Source: Camelus dromedarius
Lineage: Eukaryota
Direction of reading: 5' to 3'
DNA length: 64,000 bases
Assembly: GCF_036321535.1 (NCBI RefSeq)
Contig: NC_087437.1
Location: forward strand, 78,866,001-78,930,000
The notes under the pieces were generated by a model that was not told the origin of the DNA, made no database searches, and saw only the letters and a program-made list of their open reading frames with translations. The position numbers and the translations under genes were made by a program. Below, in pieces: positions 37,330 to 51,579 of this stretch (positions are counted from its first letter, which is position 1; every line of letters starts with the position of its first letter).

Positions 37330-38330
37330 AGTTTCCAGATTTGGATTTCTAATAACGTTCTCCAGTAAAAGTAAATGGTTGATTCTTGTCTTGAGGAAGG
37401 TAGTATGTGAGATGAGCCTGCAACATCTTGTAGTGGCAGAAAATAAGGAAATGCTCACACGCACACACACACACACACATACACAGAGTATGTCATAGGG
37501 ACACGGGGGTAAACTGAAAGGGCTCTCAATGACCAAGTTAGAACAAATTAAGTAACAAAATAAATAATGTATCATTGGATTATCACCCAAGGTATAAAAT
37601 AAATATCCATGAGTCCATAGTAATATAAATAAATCATTGAATTAAAAAATGGGGAAGGATAGATAAATCTCCTGTGCAGGGTTCCCAATACTTTTGGTAG
37701 ATACTTCCTCTGAAAAATGTGGAGCAAAACTCCTCACTCATTATGTGGGACCTCCACATCCTTCCAAAGAGTACAATATAAGAGGGAGAGAGGAGTAAAT
37801 ATTCAGGGGAGAAACCTGACAAAAACTACCTCAGCCAGGTGATTAAGGGCAACAACACTGGCAAATGATGCTGAGACAATGTAACTTTGGTATGGTATGA
37901 TGAGGGTGTCACTGCACCTCAATAGTTTTCTTCTCAATAACCTGTAACCCCAGTATAATCATGAGAAGAACATTAGACAAATACCGTTTGAGGGACATTG
38001 TACAAAATATCTAAGACTCCTCAAAATTGCTAAAATCATTATAAACAAGGTAAGTTGTCAAGTCTAGAGGAGCCTAAAAAGACATAATAATGACATGTAC
38101 TGTATGAGATCCTGGAACCAGAAAAGAGAATTAGGGAAAAACTAAGCCATTCTGAATAAAGTATGAACTTCAGTTAATAATATGTTTCAAAAACAGCTCA
38201 TTAGTTGTGACAAATGTACCATACCATGATTTTAACAAGGGAAAGTGAATGAAGGATGTATGGAAATTGTTTTATCTCAACGACTTTTTTTATAAATCTA
38301 AAACTGTTGTAAAATAAAGCTATTATTTTT
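37330..38330 (+). mobile_element. L1MD/L1MC-type 3' UTR with an internal (CA)n
   Basis: gagatgagcctgcaacatcttgtagtg, aactgaaagggctctcaatgacca, atccatgagtccata, gagaaacctgacaaaaactacctcagccaggtgat; ends aaatctaaaactgttgtaaaataaa. Confidence 0.9.
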
Positions 38331-38794
38331 TAAATGACTCTAAAACATACAAATTGAGATTGTGTCAGACTTAATTTGCTTGCTAATAAGGAATACATAA
38401 GGTAGTAAGTTCTGTTCGAAGAGAAAGAGGAAAGTATTTATAGCCACTGAAAGAAGTAAGTTTGAATAAGATTTCTAAATTAGATAAAAACTGGTCCTTC
38501 AAAGCAATAAAAGTATAAATTTGGGGGTTATTTTATTCTATAAATTATTTGCATCTTTACTGAATGAAATTAGACAAGAATTACTTGCATTTCAGTTGTT
38601 TTTCCACAAGTTAACATCATTCCTTACAGTTGTGAGATACCCTAATCAGTAGAAAATAGCAAGGCAGATGAAGGGACACACCTAGAGATTCATCACATAA
38701 AGCATATGAAGTGAACCTTTTTTCTACTTTCAAGTTTTGATAATTCTTCATAGTAGTTTGCTTGAGTTGGTTGCATAGAGAGAAATGATGTTAT

Positions 38795-38869
38795 ATAGCT
38801 AGTATCTTGCCTATATCATTATGTTTTACAGTGCAGTTTTTGAAAAGCACATAGAAATTATTTCACAAT

Positions 38870-38930
<61 letters not shown>

Positions 38931-39310
38931 AATGCTATAAAACAATAACCATTTATTTCTTATGTATCTGCTGGTAGGTTGGGTTTCAGCTTATTTAATC
39001 TAGCTTGAGTGGTCTTGTTGCTAGTCATGGATCAAATTCAAGTCTGTTCCATATGTCTCTTGTTCTTAGACCACCAAGCTACTTAAAGTAGATTTGTCTC
39101 ATTGATGATGCCAGATGGTCCCAGAAGGTGAGCAGAATCATGCAAGACCTCTTAATGCTTAGTTTCAGAAGTAGCATCTATCATTTTTTCACATATACCA
39201 CAATGACAAAACCAAGTTCAGCATCTTTGGGTACAAAATATACACTTCTCATGAAGATCAGAATTGGGGAGAAGTAAACTTTAAGTGAACAATAATCTAA
39301 TATACTATAA
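38795..39310 (-). mobile_element. MaLR LTR (MLT1H/I/J-like) containing a TATC microsatellite
   Basis: aacaataaccatttatttct...ttcaagtctgttccatatgtctct...catgcaagacctcttaa...gaacaataatctaatatactata. Confidence 0.7.
38870..38928. repeat. (TCTA)14 microsatellite
   Basis: Directly visible pure repeat. Confidence 0.97.
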
Positions 39311-41784
39311 TGTTGTATTAGAAATTTTGAGTGTAATGTACATTTTCAAAGGAAAGTTTTTATTTCACAATTTTATTAGATATTTTTTCCCCAGAACATG
39401 AGTCATCAGTTTTCTTTTTAAGCCTTTAAAACATGGTGATGTCATCCTAGAAACAAGAAAAATGTGTTCTACACATGAATTTAGTTGCTTAGTTTAATTA
39501 TTAAAATCTAATAAAGAAATATTATGATTCATTAACACTGTTTTCCTTTAACCTAATCCCTGAAATACAAAAGATATAAATTTTCCATGCAAATGGATTG
39601 TTTAGAAAACCCTAGTGTTACCTGAGTGAGCGTTGGTTAAGTACTAATGGGTTTGTGTTGAAGGATAGCATTCATAATTCTGTAAAACACAGGTAATTAA
39701 ATGTAACAATTCTCAGAGGAACAGAATCACAGATTATTTCAACTCTGTGTGGCCTACCAAACTAAATAAGTAATATGAGAAAAGAAAGCATAAAAATAAC
39801 ATATTTCATTGTATAAATGTTTGGAGAACATTGCCTGAGAACAGACAATGTTTAGGTATAAGAAAATATTCCAAAGCTGTGTTCTTCTGGGAAGTTCCAA
39901 AAGGCTAAGTACCTTTTTCTGGTCTAAAAATATGTCACTTATTTTGTGACAGAAAAGTACTGTCCAGGCAAAACTACACATGTCTAATTGAGCCTACAGG
40001 TGACCAGTTGCAGGTGCAACTGAGTTGCTAATTTGTACTCTTGGCATGCAAGTTCCAGTGGTTAATTATTCATAGTTGCTTGTGGGTACAATTTAGTTTC
40101 TTGTGCAGTTTTTATGCCTGTTAGGTGATTATAGGCTCAAATCTTAAACTCATTTGGATGGATGCTGTGACTGAAAAGTTAGCTTTGAAATCCAGGAAAA
40201 TTTGCCTGTTTTAGTAATAACTAGGGAAACAATTTATAGATTACTGAATTGTATAAATTTGTCAACATGTCGAAGAAAACACAATTAAAAGGATAAAGGG
40301 ATTGAAGGGACCACATGGAATGACATAATTTCATTTATTGGCAGCTATAATTTCCTTTCATTTTTACAGTTCAAAATTCATTAGTTATTGTCTGGAAAAA
40401 TTAGTGAATTGGAGCAACCTAAAACATATATCACTGCTGAATTCGTCAAGTCAATCTTAGTAAAGGATTAAGAAAGATGGATAGCTCTATTATGAGAATT
40501 ATAAGTTTTATGGATGTGGAAAAATGAATATTAGTGAAAGTATATGGATATTCTTATCTTAACAACAAAAACAGTATATTATCATCTTTTTCTATTTACT
40601 AAGGAATTTACGAATTTGGAGAAGTCATTCAACATTCCTATGTACCTCTTAGTATCTAGTTTAGACTGGGAAATCTCTGTGTACCCATGACAAGTTTTCT
40701 GTTTATCTAATTAATACATAGGAAACCATATAGCCTTTATGTCATAAGTGTATTTCTTTAACTTGTTCGTGCAACTTTGTACAGTAGTTATTTAGAAAAA
40801 ATTCCCTTGGACTTTTGAGTGGAGATAGTATTTAAAGTTGTCTTTCCTGGTGTCACATGTAAGGAGAAATCAATTTGGGGTACTGGCAGGTCAGTATCAA
40901 AATGGAACAGCTACCAATGTATATGCAGTATACTATGCTTTTTGTCATTTTAACTTCACTTGTTTAATTTGTTTTTCTTATAAATAATTCAAAGGAAAAC
41001 CATTTGATTCTGAAATGGGTAAATCAATTAATGATTGCCTCACTATTTATGCACCTTAGACTCACAAGCAAATGCCAGTCAATACTGAGAAACTGTTAAT
41101 TACTTCATTTTAACTACCTTAAAGAACAATTGCTATTAACTCTATGAGTATGAAAAATCAGCAATCCCCAGGTTTACTGATACAAACTATAATGATATAT
41201 TTATTGCAGGGGGCCTTATAGGTATCTTCCGATGAGGCATGCTATGCAGTTTTAAAGGAAACTATAATATTTTATATAATAAAGACAATAAAAATATCCT
41301 CAAAATAATTGCTCCTTTAGAATGGGGGGAAGGATGGCTTTCTTTCAACCTATGTCCCAGGCTGACAAAGGAATTGGGATATTCATGCAAATGATGAAAA
41401 TGCAAAGTAGCTGTTTAAAGTGCAAAACATTTTTTTTTTATTGTAAGCATGGTTAGGTTTTGTTTGACTGATTCCTTGTGTTCAAAGCCTCTTTCATAAA
41501 ACAAGCATGGCTGTCTGCCTGTTCCAACACTTCTTTCACTTCTAAGCATCCATTTCATAGAGTATGTACATAAAACTGTCTGAAGTGGTTTTAAAATGCT
41601 AACTGTACATGTTTTGTAGAGTCCAATATAAAAATCCTGATATTCCTCCCTGAAGGTAATGATTACCATGTTTCTTTATTTTGAGTTTCGTGTTTGGAAA
41701 TCACTGTCTTAACATCTGCTCCTTGAAGTTCTTTCCCTTAAACTTATGCTGACCTTCCAGCCTGGCAACTAAAATATTGAGTCT

Positions 41785-41882
41785 GGAATCTGACAACCTA
41801 ATAGGTATGTTGGACATTTCATAGAATAACAAAGTGCCTGACACATGATAGAACTCAAAAATATTTCTTGAATTTGATTGAG
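41785..41882 (+). mobile_element. L2 3' end
   Basis: aacaaagtgcctgacacatgatagaactcaaaaatatttcttgaat. Confidence 0.7.
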
Positions 41883-42221
41883 ATGTGAAATTCGAAAAAG
41901 AGTTGAAGTTCAAAAATAAAATTGAAGTCTTGTATGAAGCATGAATTATCTTTCTAAAAGCTAGCAGATAGTAAACTTTTGCTTGAACTCCTCTGATACA
42001 ATGAACTTGTTCTTTTTGATCAGCCTTTCATTGGATTAGCATATACAGTTTCTAATTTCAGAGACATTCTCTTCTTCCATAGAGTGGATTGTCCAATAGC
42101 ATGGAGTCTTGGCGCATTAAACAGAGTTTTTTTCTCATTCTGATTGAGTACCCACTCCCTACTTCCTCCTTTTTTTTTTCTTTTTCTCTTGTAGAAATTT
42201 TAGTAAAACTGAATAAAGTTT

Positions 42222-43130
42222 TCTTATTTAAGGAACAGATATTGAACATTTACTATGTAGCAGATAGATGTCATGTTTCTACCAGAAAAATAAGATAAAG
42301 TGAGTCCTTGAACTCAAACTTGAAGAATGTAGGGGCAACAAATAACTACATTATTTTAGTTTGGCACAAGGTTGAAATTGCTATAATAAGGTTACTATAT
42401 AATCTAATAATCTAGGTAGATGAACCCAACTCAGGTACACAAAAGGCTTTGAGAGGGTAAATATTTAAGCAGCGTCTTGAAGGACCAGAGTTGTTTACAA
42501 ATTGAAGAGAGGGGAATTAAGCTGTCAGATATAACAGTGGCTCAGGCAAATCCACAAATCTGTAAAGAGCCTGGCTCATTATAGAACATGATATTAATTC
42601 TGAATAGCTGGTTTAAGGTTATTAAGGAGGAAGAAAGCTATGGGAGAAGCTGAAAAAGAGGGCTGAGAGGGGATCCAAAGGAACTATATATTATGCTGGT
42701 TGTTTTAATGTGAAAACAGTAAAGTAATAATTGAATATTTTTAAATAGAATCCTGGTAATAATTGATGAGGGTCAGGAAAAAAAGTAACAGGTTAAACAA
42801 ACAAACGTACAAACAAAAACATAGAGATAATCTAGAAAATATTTAGCAAATAGAATGAGAAAGACCTGAAAAACAATTGAAATTTGAATAAATAAAGATA
42901 AGAGCCTAAATGAGCAAACTTCTCAATTTCTAGCTTGGGTAACATTGGGAATGGTGATGTAATTCTTTATATAGGGAAGGCAATAAGAGGAAAGAGATCA
43001 TGAGTGATGTTAAGGGTGAGTTCAGTTTGGTACATTTCCAGTTGAGAGCCTGCTAGGTCATCTAATTCATAAGGAAGGGATTGTATTTGGAGGAGCTTAA
43101 ACAAAGATGTAGCAGGAAACCAAAGGAGTA
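42222..43130 (-). mobile_element. Decayed L2 LINE
   Basis: atattgaacatttactatgtagcaga; tttctagcttgggtaac; gagttcagtttggtacat. Confidence 0.7.
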
Positions 43131-45014
43131 TTTTGAACTAAAGGGTTGTGTGATAAAAATTTTGATTATAGGACAAAAACTTTAGAATAAAGAGTGTAGG
43201 ATTATCATCAGAAAGTTGTATTATTCTGAGGCAATGCAGTGTTTAAAATACATATGTAACTATTGTATTAGTAAATATGTAATTTTTTATATATATGTAA
43301 GGAAGGTAAAATATATATGTAACTAGAGCTCAGGTCTTCTTTATCAAATTCTGCCTATTCTCTCGGTATTAGCCCCAGTCAGGCAAGTTCTCTCTCTTTT
43401 ATTGTCGTCATGTACCCTGAGCACACTTTGCTATTCTTAATGTTTAGAATGCTCTCTTCTTCCTTACTCTTTATGCAAATTTTATTTATTTATGAGCTCA
43501 ACTCATGTCTTATCATATCTATGATAGCTTAGAATTTATTTACATTGTCATATAATGGCTTTATGTATTTAAATCTCATTTTACCAACTAAGATTTTAAG
43601 CATAAGGGCCCTTCTTAAATATCTTCGTATCCTTTTTAATGCCTTCATAGGTCTAAACATATAAGTCCCAGTAAATACTTGCTGATTAAAAGAAATATTG
43701 GACTGGTTGCCTAGAAATAAAAACTTAATGTAGAGGAAGGAGATGAACAAAGATGAACCACTTTATCTCACGAGTCTGATTATAACTTGGAAGTACATGC
43801 AAATCTTTATAAAAGGATGCAAGGTACTTTGCTAATCACTTAGAAGATTGTTGCTTAAGGACTTTAAATCACTTGCTATAGATGGGAGAGAATCAGTGCA
43901 GCTTCCAGACAAGGAAGTAATGGGAACAAGAGTATATAGGATACTTCAGTTTTATTTTTGTATTCCAAAAGATTCTCCTTCAAGAGTAGCTCTAAAAGAG
44001 ATGTGCAAAGTGGAAGGTCTAGTGACACTCTCAGGAGAAGAGTGATAGCCCATCTTTTATAGATTTGTATCATTCCACTCAGTATTGTCGTGAGTTAGGC
44101 TAGGAAGCAGGGCACAGTTTCCTTTCCTTACATGACAAGCTGAATCTTGCTGTGGTTTGCCCAAGGTCACAAACCACTGAAATGAAAATCAAAAGTGGTC
44201 TTTTGTGCTGTTGTCTCCAATAAGTGACACTTCCATTTGTGCTTCAGATGGAGGTATATTTAGTAATACAAGAGTAAATGTATACCTGTTGTAATTACAT
44301 AATCCAAATGATTAACAAAAAAAATTAACTCAAAAAATTGACTTCTAAATTTACTTTTTTAAAATAAATGTGTTCCTAAAGCTAATGTTATTTTGCCTAG
44401 ATTGTGCCTGAAGAGCATTCTTCATAATCCAAATTGTGAAGTACTAAAAAATAAGACAATATAATAGAATACAGACAGATCTTTAGCATTAATGCTACAG
44501 TTTTCAAGACTGTGTCATTAGTTTAAAACAGCGTAACCAGAGATCTCTTAAAATGCATGGATATATTGATAATCAATGTTTCATAATTTATGTATAGGAA
44601 TACTAAACTGGAAAGATACAACTTTCCATAAAATAAAATTATTGAAACATTAGATGAACTTGCATTGTAATACACAATGCAAATAACTAGGTATATATGA
44701 TATTTTATATTGTTGGTTTCTCTCCATTATAATTATTTTTTCTAGTATCATTGTAAAGTAAAACTAATACATTTATTCTTCCAGTACTTTTCTTTGAATC
44801 AGCCATTGCCAATATCAGATTGGAATGACTACACAAACCTGTTAAAGTGAAGAATTACCTAAGGAGGAAAATCTTTTCCAAAATGCTATTTAAAGAAAAA
44901 CATAATTAAAACCAATGATCGATGTAATTGTTATATCTTTATTACATAGAAACTTTATTTTTGAACACTGCATTTCCTTTGGACTCAATATATAAAGGAT
45001 CAAAACATGACTAT

Positions 45015-45371
45015 ATATGACATATGTGGAATCTAAAAAAAAAAAGACACAAAGGAACTTATTTATAAAACAGAAACAGACTCACTACATAGAAAACAAG
45101 CTTACGGTTACCAGAGGGGGAAGGGAGTGGGAAGGGATAAATTTGTAGTTCGAGATTTGCAGATACTAACTACTATATATAAAATAGATAACAAGTTTAC
45201 ACTGTATAGCACAGGGCACTATATTCAATATCTTATAGTAACCTATTATGAAAAAGAATATGAAAAGGAATATATATGTTTATGTTGAATAAAATATTAT
45301 GCTGTACACTAGAAATTGACCCAACATTGTAAACTGCCTATACTTCAATAAAAATGGAAAAGTTAAAAAAA
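45015..45371 (+). mobile_element. Artiodactyl/camelid L1 3' UTR (older subfamily)
   Basis: atatgtggaatctaaaaaa...gaacttatttataaaacagaaacagactcac...ctgtatagcacaggg...aacattgtaaactgcctatacttcaataaaaa plus A tail. Confidence 0.93.
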
Positions 45372-46423
45372 TACATTTTCCTTATAAACTGTTAAAAAAA
45401 AGTAATGAACCAGAAAAGAAAATAGTCATTTCTTAAAAGATCACATTTTAAGATATTTTAAGGTATAGATTTGATGTTTAATCAGAGGAAACTATGATGA
45501 TTATTGTAAATAGTGGTTAAGCGATATTAAATGAGAAAATCAGTAATGAAGTTTTGCTGAAAGATCAGATTTTATTAGTAATGATTTCCCTATTATCTCA
45601 GATATGACAGGAGATTAACATGAAGCTTGGTGCTTAAAATTTTCATGTCACATGACTTTACTGATGGTCTAATTTATAGCCCAATTAGTTAATTTTTCAG
45701 ATACCATAAGGTGAGGATTGCAAGGAGAATACTTTTTACATACCCATCAGTCATACATTTTGAATTTTATTCCACTTAACATTTACTAATATGATATGAA
45801 TTTATTTTACAAGTTAGAGATCTTCTAAGATATCAAAATGCTGTGGTAGCATCAAAATACTGGAAAAATTATAAGTGGTCAAAAGATAGTATAAAAGAGT
45901 AAAGTATTCTCCATAAGAAAGAGTAGGCTATGACGCTAAATACGTTTGTGAACAAACTATTCAACATCATAGAAATATACGTTTTTAATAATCTTTTTTA
46001 GTGAGAAAATGTTTGCAGAGTAAAAACTAAAACACTTTATGTTTCCTAATTACCATATGCAGAATGCATCATTGTTTAAAAATTTTTGTCATTGGTAATT
46101 GTTGGGAATGTTTATATTTGTTTTGGATAGATTATTATTTGAGAGGATAACTTTTTTTAATTCTAAATTCTCTTCTATGTCTGGTTCAATGTTCCATAAA
46201 AGTATTTGGTGATGGTTGCTGAGATTAAAAAACTGTGTAATATAGTACTTCTAAATTCACTCAAATTCACTTACATTAAATTATCAAAAATGTTTATAAA
46301 ATCAATTAATATTTATAGTAAATATTATTTTTATATGATAGATGCAGTGAAAGGATACAAGTAGTCAGGATCTTAATGCTCCAGTTTCAAAAATGATAAT
46401 TATATAAATATTGTACAATATAT

Positions 46424-46964
46424 TGTTGGGGATTAGGGCAGGCAGCCTCACAATATGCCACAATGGTGTATTGATTATTTTGAATTGAGTTTGAGAAGCA
46501 GCGGATGCAAGAAGGAAACTCTGACCCTTCCTTCTCTTTCCCCCTGAAAGCGGGAAATAAATTTGCCATGTGAAAGGTGCCCCCTGCATCTGGAGGTAGA
46601 AAGACACCCTGATTGCCTGAGATCGGGAATTCAAAGCTAAGAAGCCTGCATAACAAATCTTGTTACTGCTTTAATTTACTAGCCGAAGCCCACATTCTGT
46701 TTTGTTTATTCACTAATTAAGCACCCAAAACCTAAGTTGCTTTTTGTTCTGTAAATTCCTCACAAATTCATTGTTTGTCTGCAAAGTATAAAAGCTGTCA
46801 GTTTTGGCCACTTTTTCGGTCCCATTTCTATTGGACTTCCGTGTACATGAATGAATTAAATTTGTTTCTTTTTCTCCTGTTAATCTGACCTGTGTCAAGT
46901 TTACCATTAGTCCAGTCATAAGAACCGAAGACTGTTAGAAGGGGATATTTCTTGATTCCTGACA
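46424..46964 (+). mobile_element. ERV1 solo LTR (MER34/MER39-like)
   Basis: TG...CA termini (tgttgggg / cctgaca), perfect 4-bp TSD atat, TATA gtataaaagc at ~46786, ATTAAA at ~46855, motif atatgccacaatggtgtattgattattttgaatt. Confidence 0.92.
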
Positions 46965-47351
46965 ATATAGTTTGGATCTGTCCTCAAAGATCAGAGAACA
47001 TTTGGTTATTTGGAATAAAGAGAACATATTTGCAGGAATACTGGTAAAAGGAAGGCAAAGCAATTTCAAAAAACTGCCTAGACAACGAAGGAATGGAAAG
47101 ATATATTTGGCCAGTAGTGAGCATAAAATGTGTCTGGAACAGATCATTCATGTAGGAGATCCATCAGAAGTAAGATGGTTTGCAGCCAGATTATTGAGGT
47201 CATGAAGGCTAAATTGTATATATTTTACTTTATCCAGAAGGGTTTCAGAGCCATGAAATATAGGTTGGTATATTTGGTTAATTAGCACGATATTGTTTAC
47301 TTTTGTGAGAACAGTTAAAATGGTATAAGAGAAACTAAAGAATTAAGGACA

Positions 47352-47902
47352 GTGTAGTGTAAATGCCTGACATTGAAGCTTTTGATTGCAGAGGCATCCA
47401 TTTCAAAGATGCCCATCTCAAATAAACGTATTGCTAACTATATGACAGCTACTAACAAAACAACCAGAGGAGAAATCAGGCCACTCCCAACCCATAAAGT
47501 TCCCTCTTCCTTTTTTTTTTTTTTAACATTTTTTTATTGATTTATAATCATTTTACAATGTTGTGTCAAATTCCTGTGTAGAGCACAATTTTTCAGTTAT
47601 ACATGAACATATATATCTTCATTGTCATATTTTTTTCTCTGTGAGCTACCATAAGATCTTGTGTATATTTCCCTGTGCTATACAGTATAATCTTGTTTAT
47701 CTATTCTACAATTTTGAAATCCCATCTATCCCTTCCCACTGATAGCCCTGGGTAATTCAGATAACTGACTGCTTGAGTAACCTGGCAGCTCTCTTCCCAT
47801 GTTCTGATTTCAAATCTTGTGCTTTGAATTAGCTAAAAAGAGTGAACCTGAAACCTCAGACTCTCCTCCCTCAACCCTAATAAAGGCAGAATTCTAGGTC
47901 TG
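47352..47902 (+). mobile_element. ERVL LTR fragment (MER74/MER54/LTR53-like) interrupted by a young L1
   Basis: ggcatccatttcaaagatg and ccctaataaaggcagaattctagg motifs; boundaries approximate. Confidence 0.55.
47511..47739 (-). mobile_element. Young camelid L1 3' UTR fragment
   Basis: Poly-T then antisense 3' UTR highly similar to 29135-29352; no TSD evident. Confidence 0.95.
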
Positions 47903-50804
47903 AGAGAAATGTCTGTGGCTGTTCCCTAGAAGTAACACAGACCAGGCCAGGGGAATGCCTCAGGCTTTCCTAGCATCAATCAAAGAGGCTGGCATCTACA
48001 GGACATGTAGACAGGCAGTGACTAGGTGAATGCAGTCATTGTATTCTCCTGCTTCCAAAGTTTAGACATGAAATACAAGAAAAGGTAGTTAGGGGGACAA
48101 TAATATCGAGGCAAATATTGAGATTGCTTACATTAACATTTTCATTTCGTAAGGTTAAAGATGTTACCCTAAATGACTTTGCCATGATCAAAAGGAAAGT
48201 AACAACGTCAGATGCAAGTTGGGAGTCACTCTTACCATTTAATATCTAGAGAAGATGAATTCAAACTCAGTACCATAGCCTGCGTAAAATACAATGTAAA
48301 TTCTCAGATTTGTGTTCTCATGTCACCTCTGGCCGAGTTCCTCCCTCCACTGGTTGAGTTAAGTGTATGGAGATCTCATTATCCTGCAACTGCTGCTTCT
48401 GTCCCTGGACGTTTGTTTGCTTACAAAAGACAAAATGCTTGCTTATGGCCTTTGTGAACTTAGAACACTGTTAGTCCATTTTGAAGCCTATGACTTGCAG
48501 CAACACAATTAAATTAAAATTGAGTGCTTCATACCCCAACTTTTAAAAAGACAAAATTTGGTCTCCTATCTTTTCATATTCCTCCATCACCTGCCACACT
48601 ACTTTCTTTCTCTTCTTCCTATATTATCAGATAAAAACAAACCAAAAAAGAAAAAATAAATACTTTCTCAACAAGTTCTGTTTAATCAGAGAGGAATGTA
48701 AGCCCTCTTGTAGTTTTCAGTGTCCTGTGAAGTTCCAGTCTTTGATCTGGAACCTATCTTTTCATACACAGTATTTTTGTTTTATAAACAAAGATAATTC
48801 TTTCTAAGAGGAATCTGATACCAGGGGAAATATCAACTACCAAATCCCTAGAATGATTATTTTTTACCACTAATTTTAGCCAGCCCTTGATATTAAATCA
48901 TCATCCTCTCTCTTGGCTTTACAAGTGTCAGATCTCACAAGTCACCTCTGTTGGTCAAGTGGTCTCTAATTTCCTTATCCTCAGAGCAATTCTCACTTTC
49001 CACATTTAAGTGTAATCATTTTTTTTTTCAGTGTTGTATTCCCTGACCAGACTGAAAACTACTGGAGGTCAGGAATCCAGTAATATTCAGACATTAACAT
49101 AAGGAGCATCATAGGATCAACAAGTCAATAAGTGGAAAGAGGAGGGAAGGCAGGAGTGATATAGTGGTCCCATAACCATCCTTACAGTAGAACATGGACT
49201 GAATGTGTCTTTCTCTTTCTATATACTATGTCATGTACAGGAAGTGATTTACAAAAATAACCCCCTCATTGCTTGAATCAGCAATTTTACAACTTCCCTG
49301 ACTCAGCAGTTCCATTTCTCTCTCTAGTCCTAATATTCTATTAAAACTCTAAGCACTTTTCTTATTTGATCCCCTAATTTGTGATTGGTCTTTTAAGATA
49401 TAGATTGTAACAAGTTGTGTAATACACACAGCAGGATTTTGGAGAAAAGGAACATCACGATTAGAAGCAGGGAGATAATGTGAATTCAACCAGTTATTCT
49501 TCAAAAAGAGAAGGAAAAAAGAGAATAATGCATATAGTGTCATAGACTCTATGGGACTCTTCATTCATTGAATTTATACTCCAGTGATTGAGATGGGATC
49601 TATGGTTCTCCTGTTTATCCATTGTCATAGTTGTCTTCCACCTCCTTAATGTCAGCAGTTCTCCAAATTAAGTGTAATTATGGTGTTAATCCAGTGTTTA
49701 TAAAAAGCTCTTTTCTCTAGGGCGTGTAAATCATGAATCACAGGGTACAGAGCAGATCATGCAGAGAAACCATCTGTGCAGATGGGCATTTATTTTATTG
49801 GTTGTTATAAGTTTGTATTTATTATGCATGAGATGTTGAATAATTTAAAATGGATTTTAGATAAATACCTAAATGTGAGACAACTATCACATGGCATTGC
49901 CAAATTAAAAATGGTGATTAGATACAACAATAAAGGGAAAAAAAAAATGTCTGTGTGGGTATCAAACATGGCTTCTCTGAGGGATTTTCAAGTATGATTC
50001 AATTTTTTGCTCTGTGTACTAAATTTCCAACAGAATCTCTAGGGTAAATATACTCTGCAGTGTGACACTTTATATTCCTCAATTCTTTTCTAAAGTCAAT
50101 AACTTTGTAGCTGTATGAAAAAAGTATTTCTCCATAGTTATAATGTGTGTGTGTATGTGTGTGTGTTTGCCCACATATGGATGGAGGTGGATTTAATACC
50201 TACTTAACTTTTTAAAACAAAAATAACTGTGAGTCCAAATCCCAACCATTTAAAACAAAAAAACATCTAAAGCAAGATCATTTTCCTGTTTTGTTTTTTT
50301 AATGGCAATTTAATACGCATGCCTGTGAAACACACTGATTTAGGGAATGCTTCAGATTTTGGTGGCAAGAAGTTGGGGAGGAGAGGGATTACCAAATTCT
50401 ATTAAAAATAAAATCATGTTTTAAAGGAAAGCGAGGCTGTTTGGAGTGTAATAGACCCCAAACCTACAACTGTTTGACGAGAAAGGAAGCAGTGGCTGAG
50501 TGCAGCAGCTACTTCATTACCATATTCTCGCTTGCTGTAATATAATTATAGGGAGAGTGGTGTTTTTAGTGACTTAAGTAAATTTTAAGAGCATCTGAGA
50601 GTACTTAGCACATAACTGATGTCCAATAATGAAAAAAAAAATGGTGTGATTCAAAAGGAAGGTAAGGATAATGGGCAGCCAGAGTTTGAACTTGCCAGGA
50701 GGGATATGGAAAGGGAAAAAGGCTTCATCCTTCTTTATTTATAACTCCACTGTTTATTTTCTGCTTCAGACATGATGTTAGTTTAATTTTAATGCACTGT
50801 CAAA

Positions 50805-51285
50805 TGTAACATTGACACTGAAAACTGAGTCTGTCATATCTCCCATAAGATATCATTATTCCTGGATATTGCCCTTCTCCCATCTCACAGCCACTGGTGT
50901 GATTCTTCTCTAGTTGCCCAGGTTCAAAACTAAAACTTCTCATTCTCTTTGTCCTCATCCTCATCTGCATTCAATTTATCAGTAGGTCCCAAAATTTTAT
51001 GTCCATTTTAAAATTTGGCCTACTTTTTCCATGTCCTTAGTTAATTTCCTATTTAATGTATTTATAGACTTTTCTGTGCACTTATACACAATACAGAGAT
51101 TTTCCATATAGATTTCCCTCCAGTTCATTTCTCAGCTTATGCTTGATGTAACATTCTCACTTAATACTTTTCATGTTGTTCTGCTGTTCAAAACCTATAA
51201 TGATTCTTAATTATTTTATATCAAATTTGCTTTCAAGACCCTTTTCAGTGTAAGTCATCCTAATCTTCTGTCTCTACTATGTGTG
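50805..51285 (+). mobile_element. Decayed L2 LINE
   Basis: ctagttgcccaggttcaaaac, cattcaatttatcagtaggtcc, catgttgttctgctgttcaaaacc. Confidence 0.65.
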
Positions 51286-51579
51286 GAGTTACCTGTCACA
51301 GACCAGTTTTCTAACCTGCAAGACAATATGTGCAGTACCCCAAATTTCCCTTTAGGCAAATGAACTTGAGGAAATGTTTTTGGGATGGAACCCTCAAAAT
51401 TCTGTTATATAGAGAAAGAGTGAAGAGGAGAGATTTTATTATAATCATGCCCTTAAGAATTTTTTAAAAAGTATAAGCCATATTAGTTTTTATTTTCTTA
51501 CCCTTAAAAGTGTTGCTCACTTTATTAAAACTTAACATTATTTCCAACATGTTTTAACATTAATATTTTAGAATTTTCA

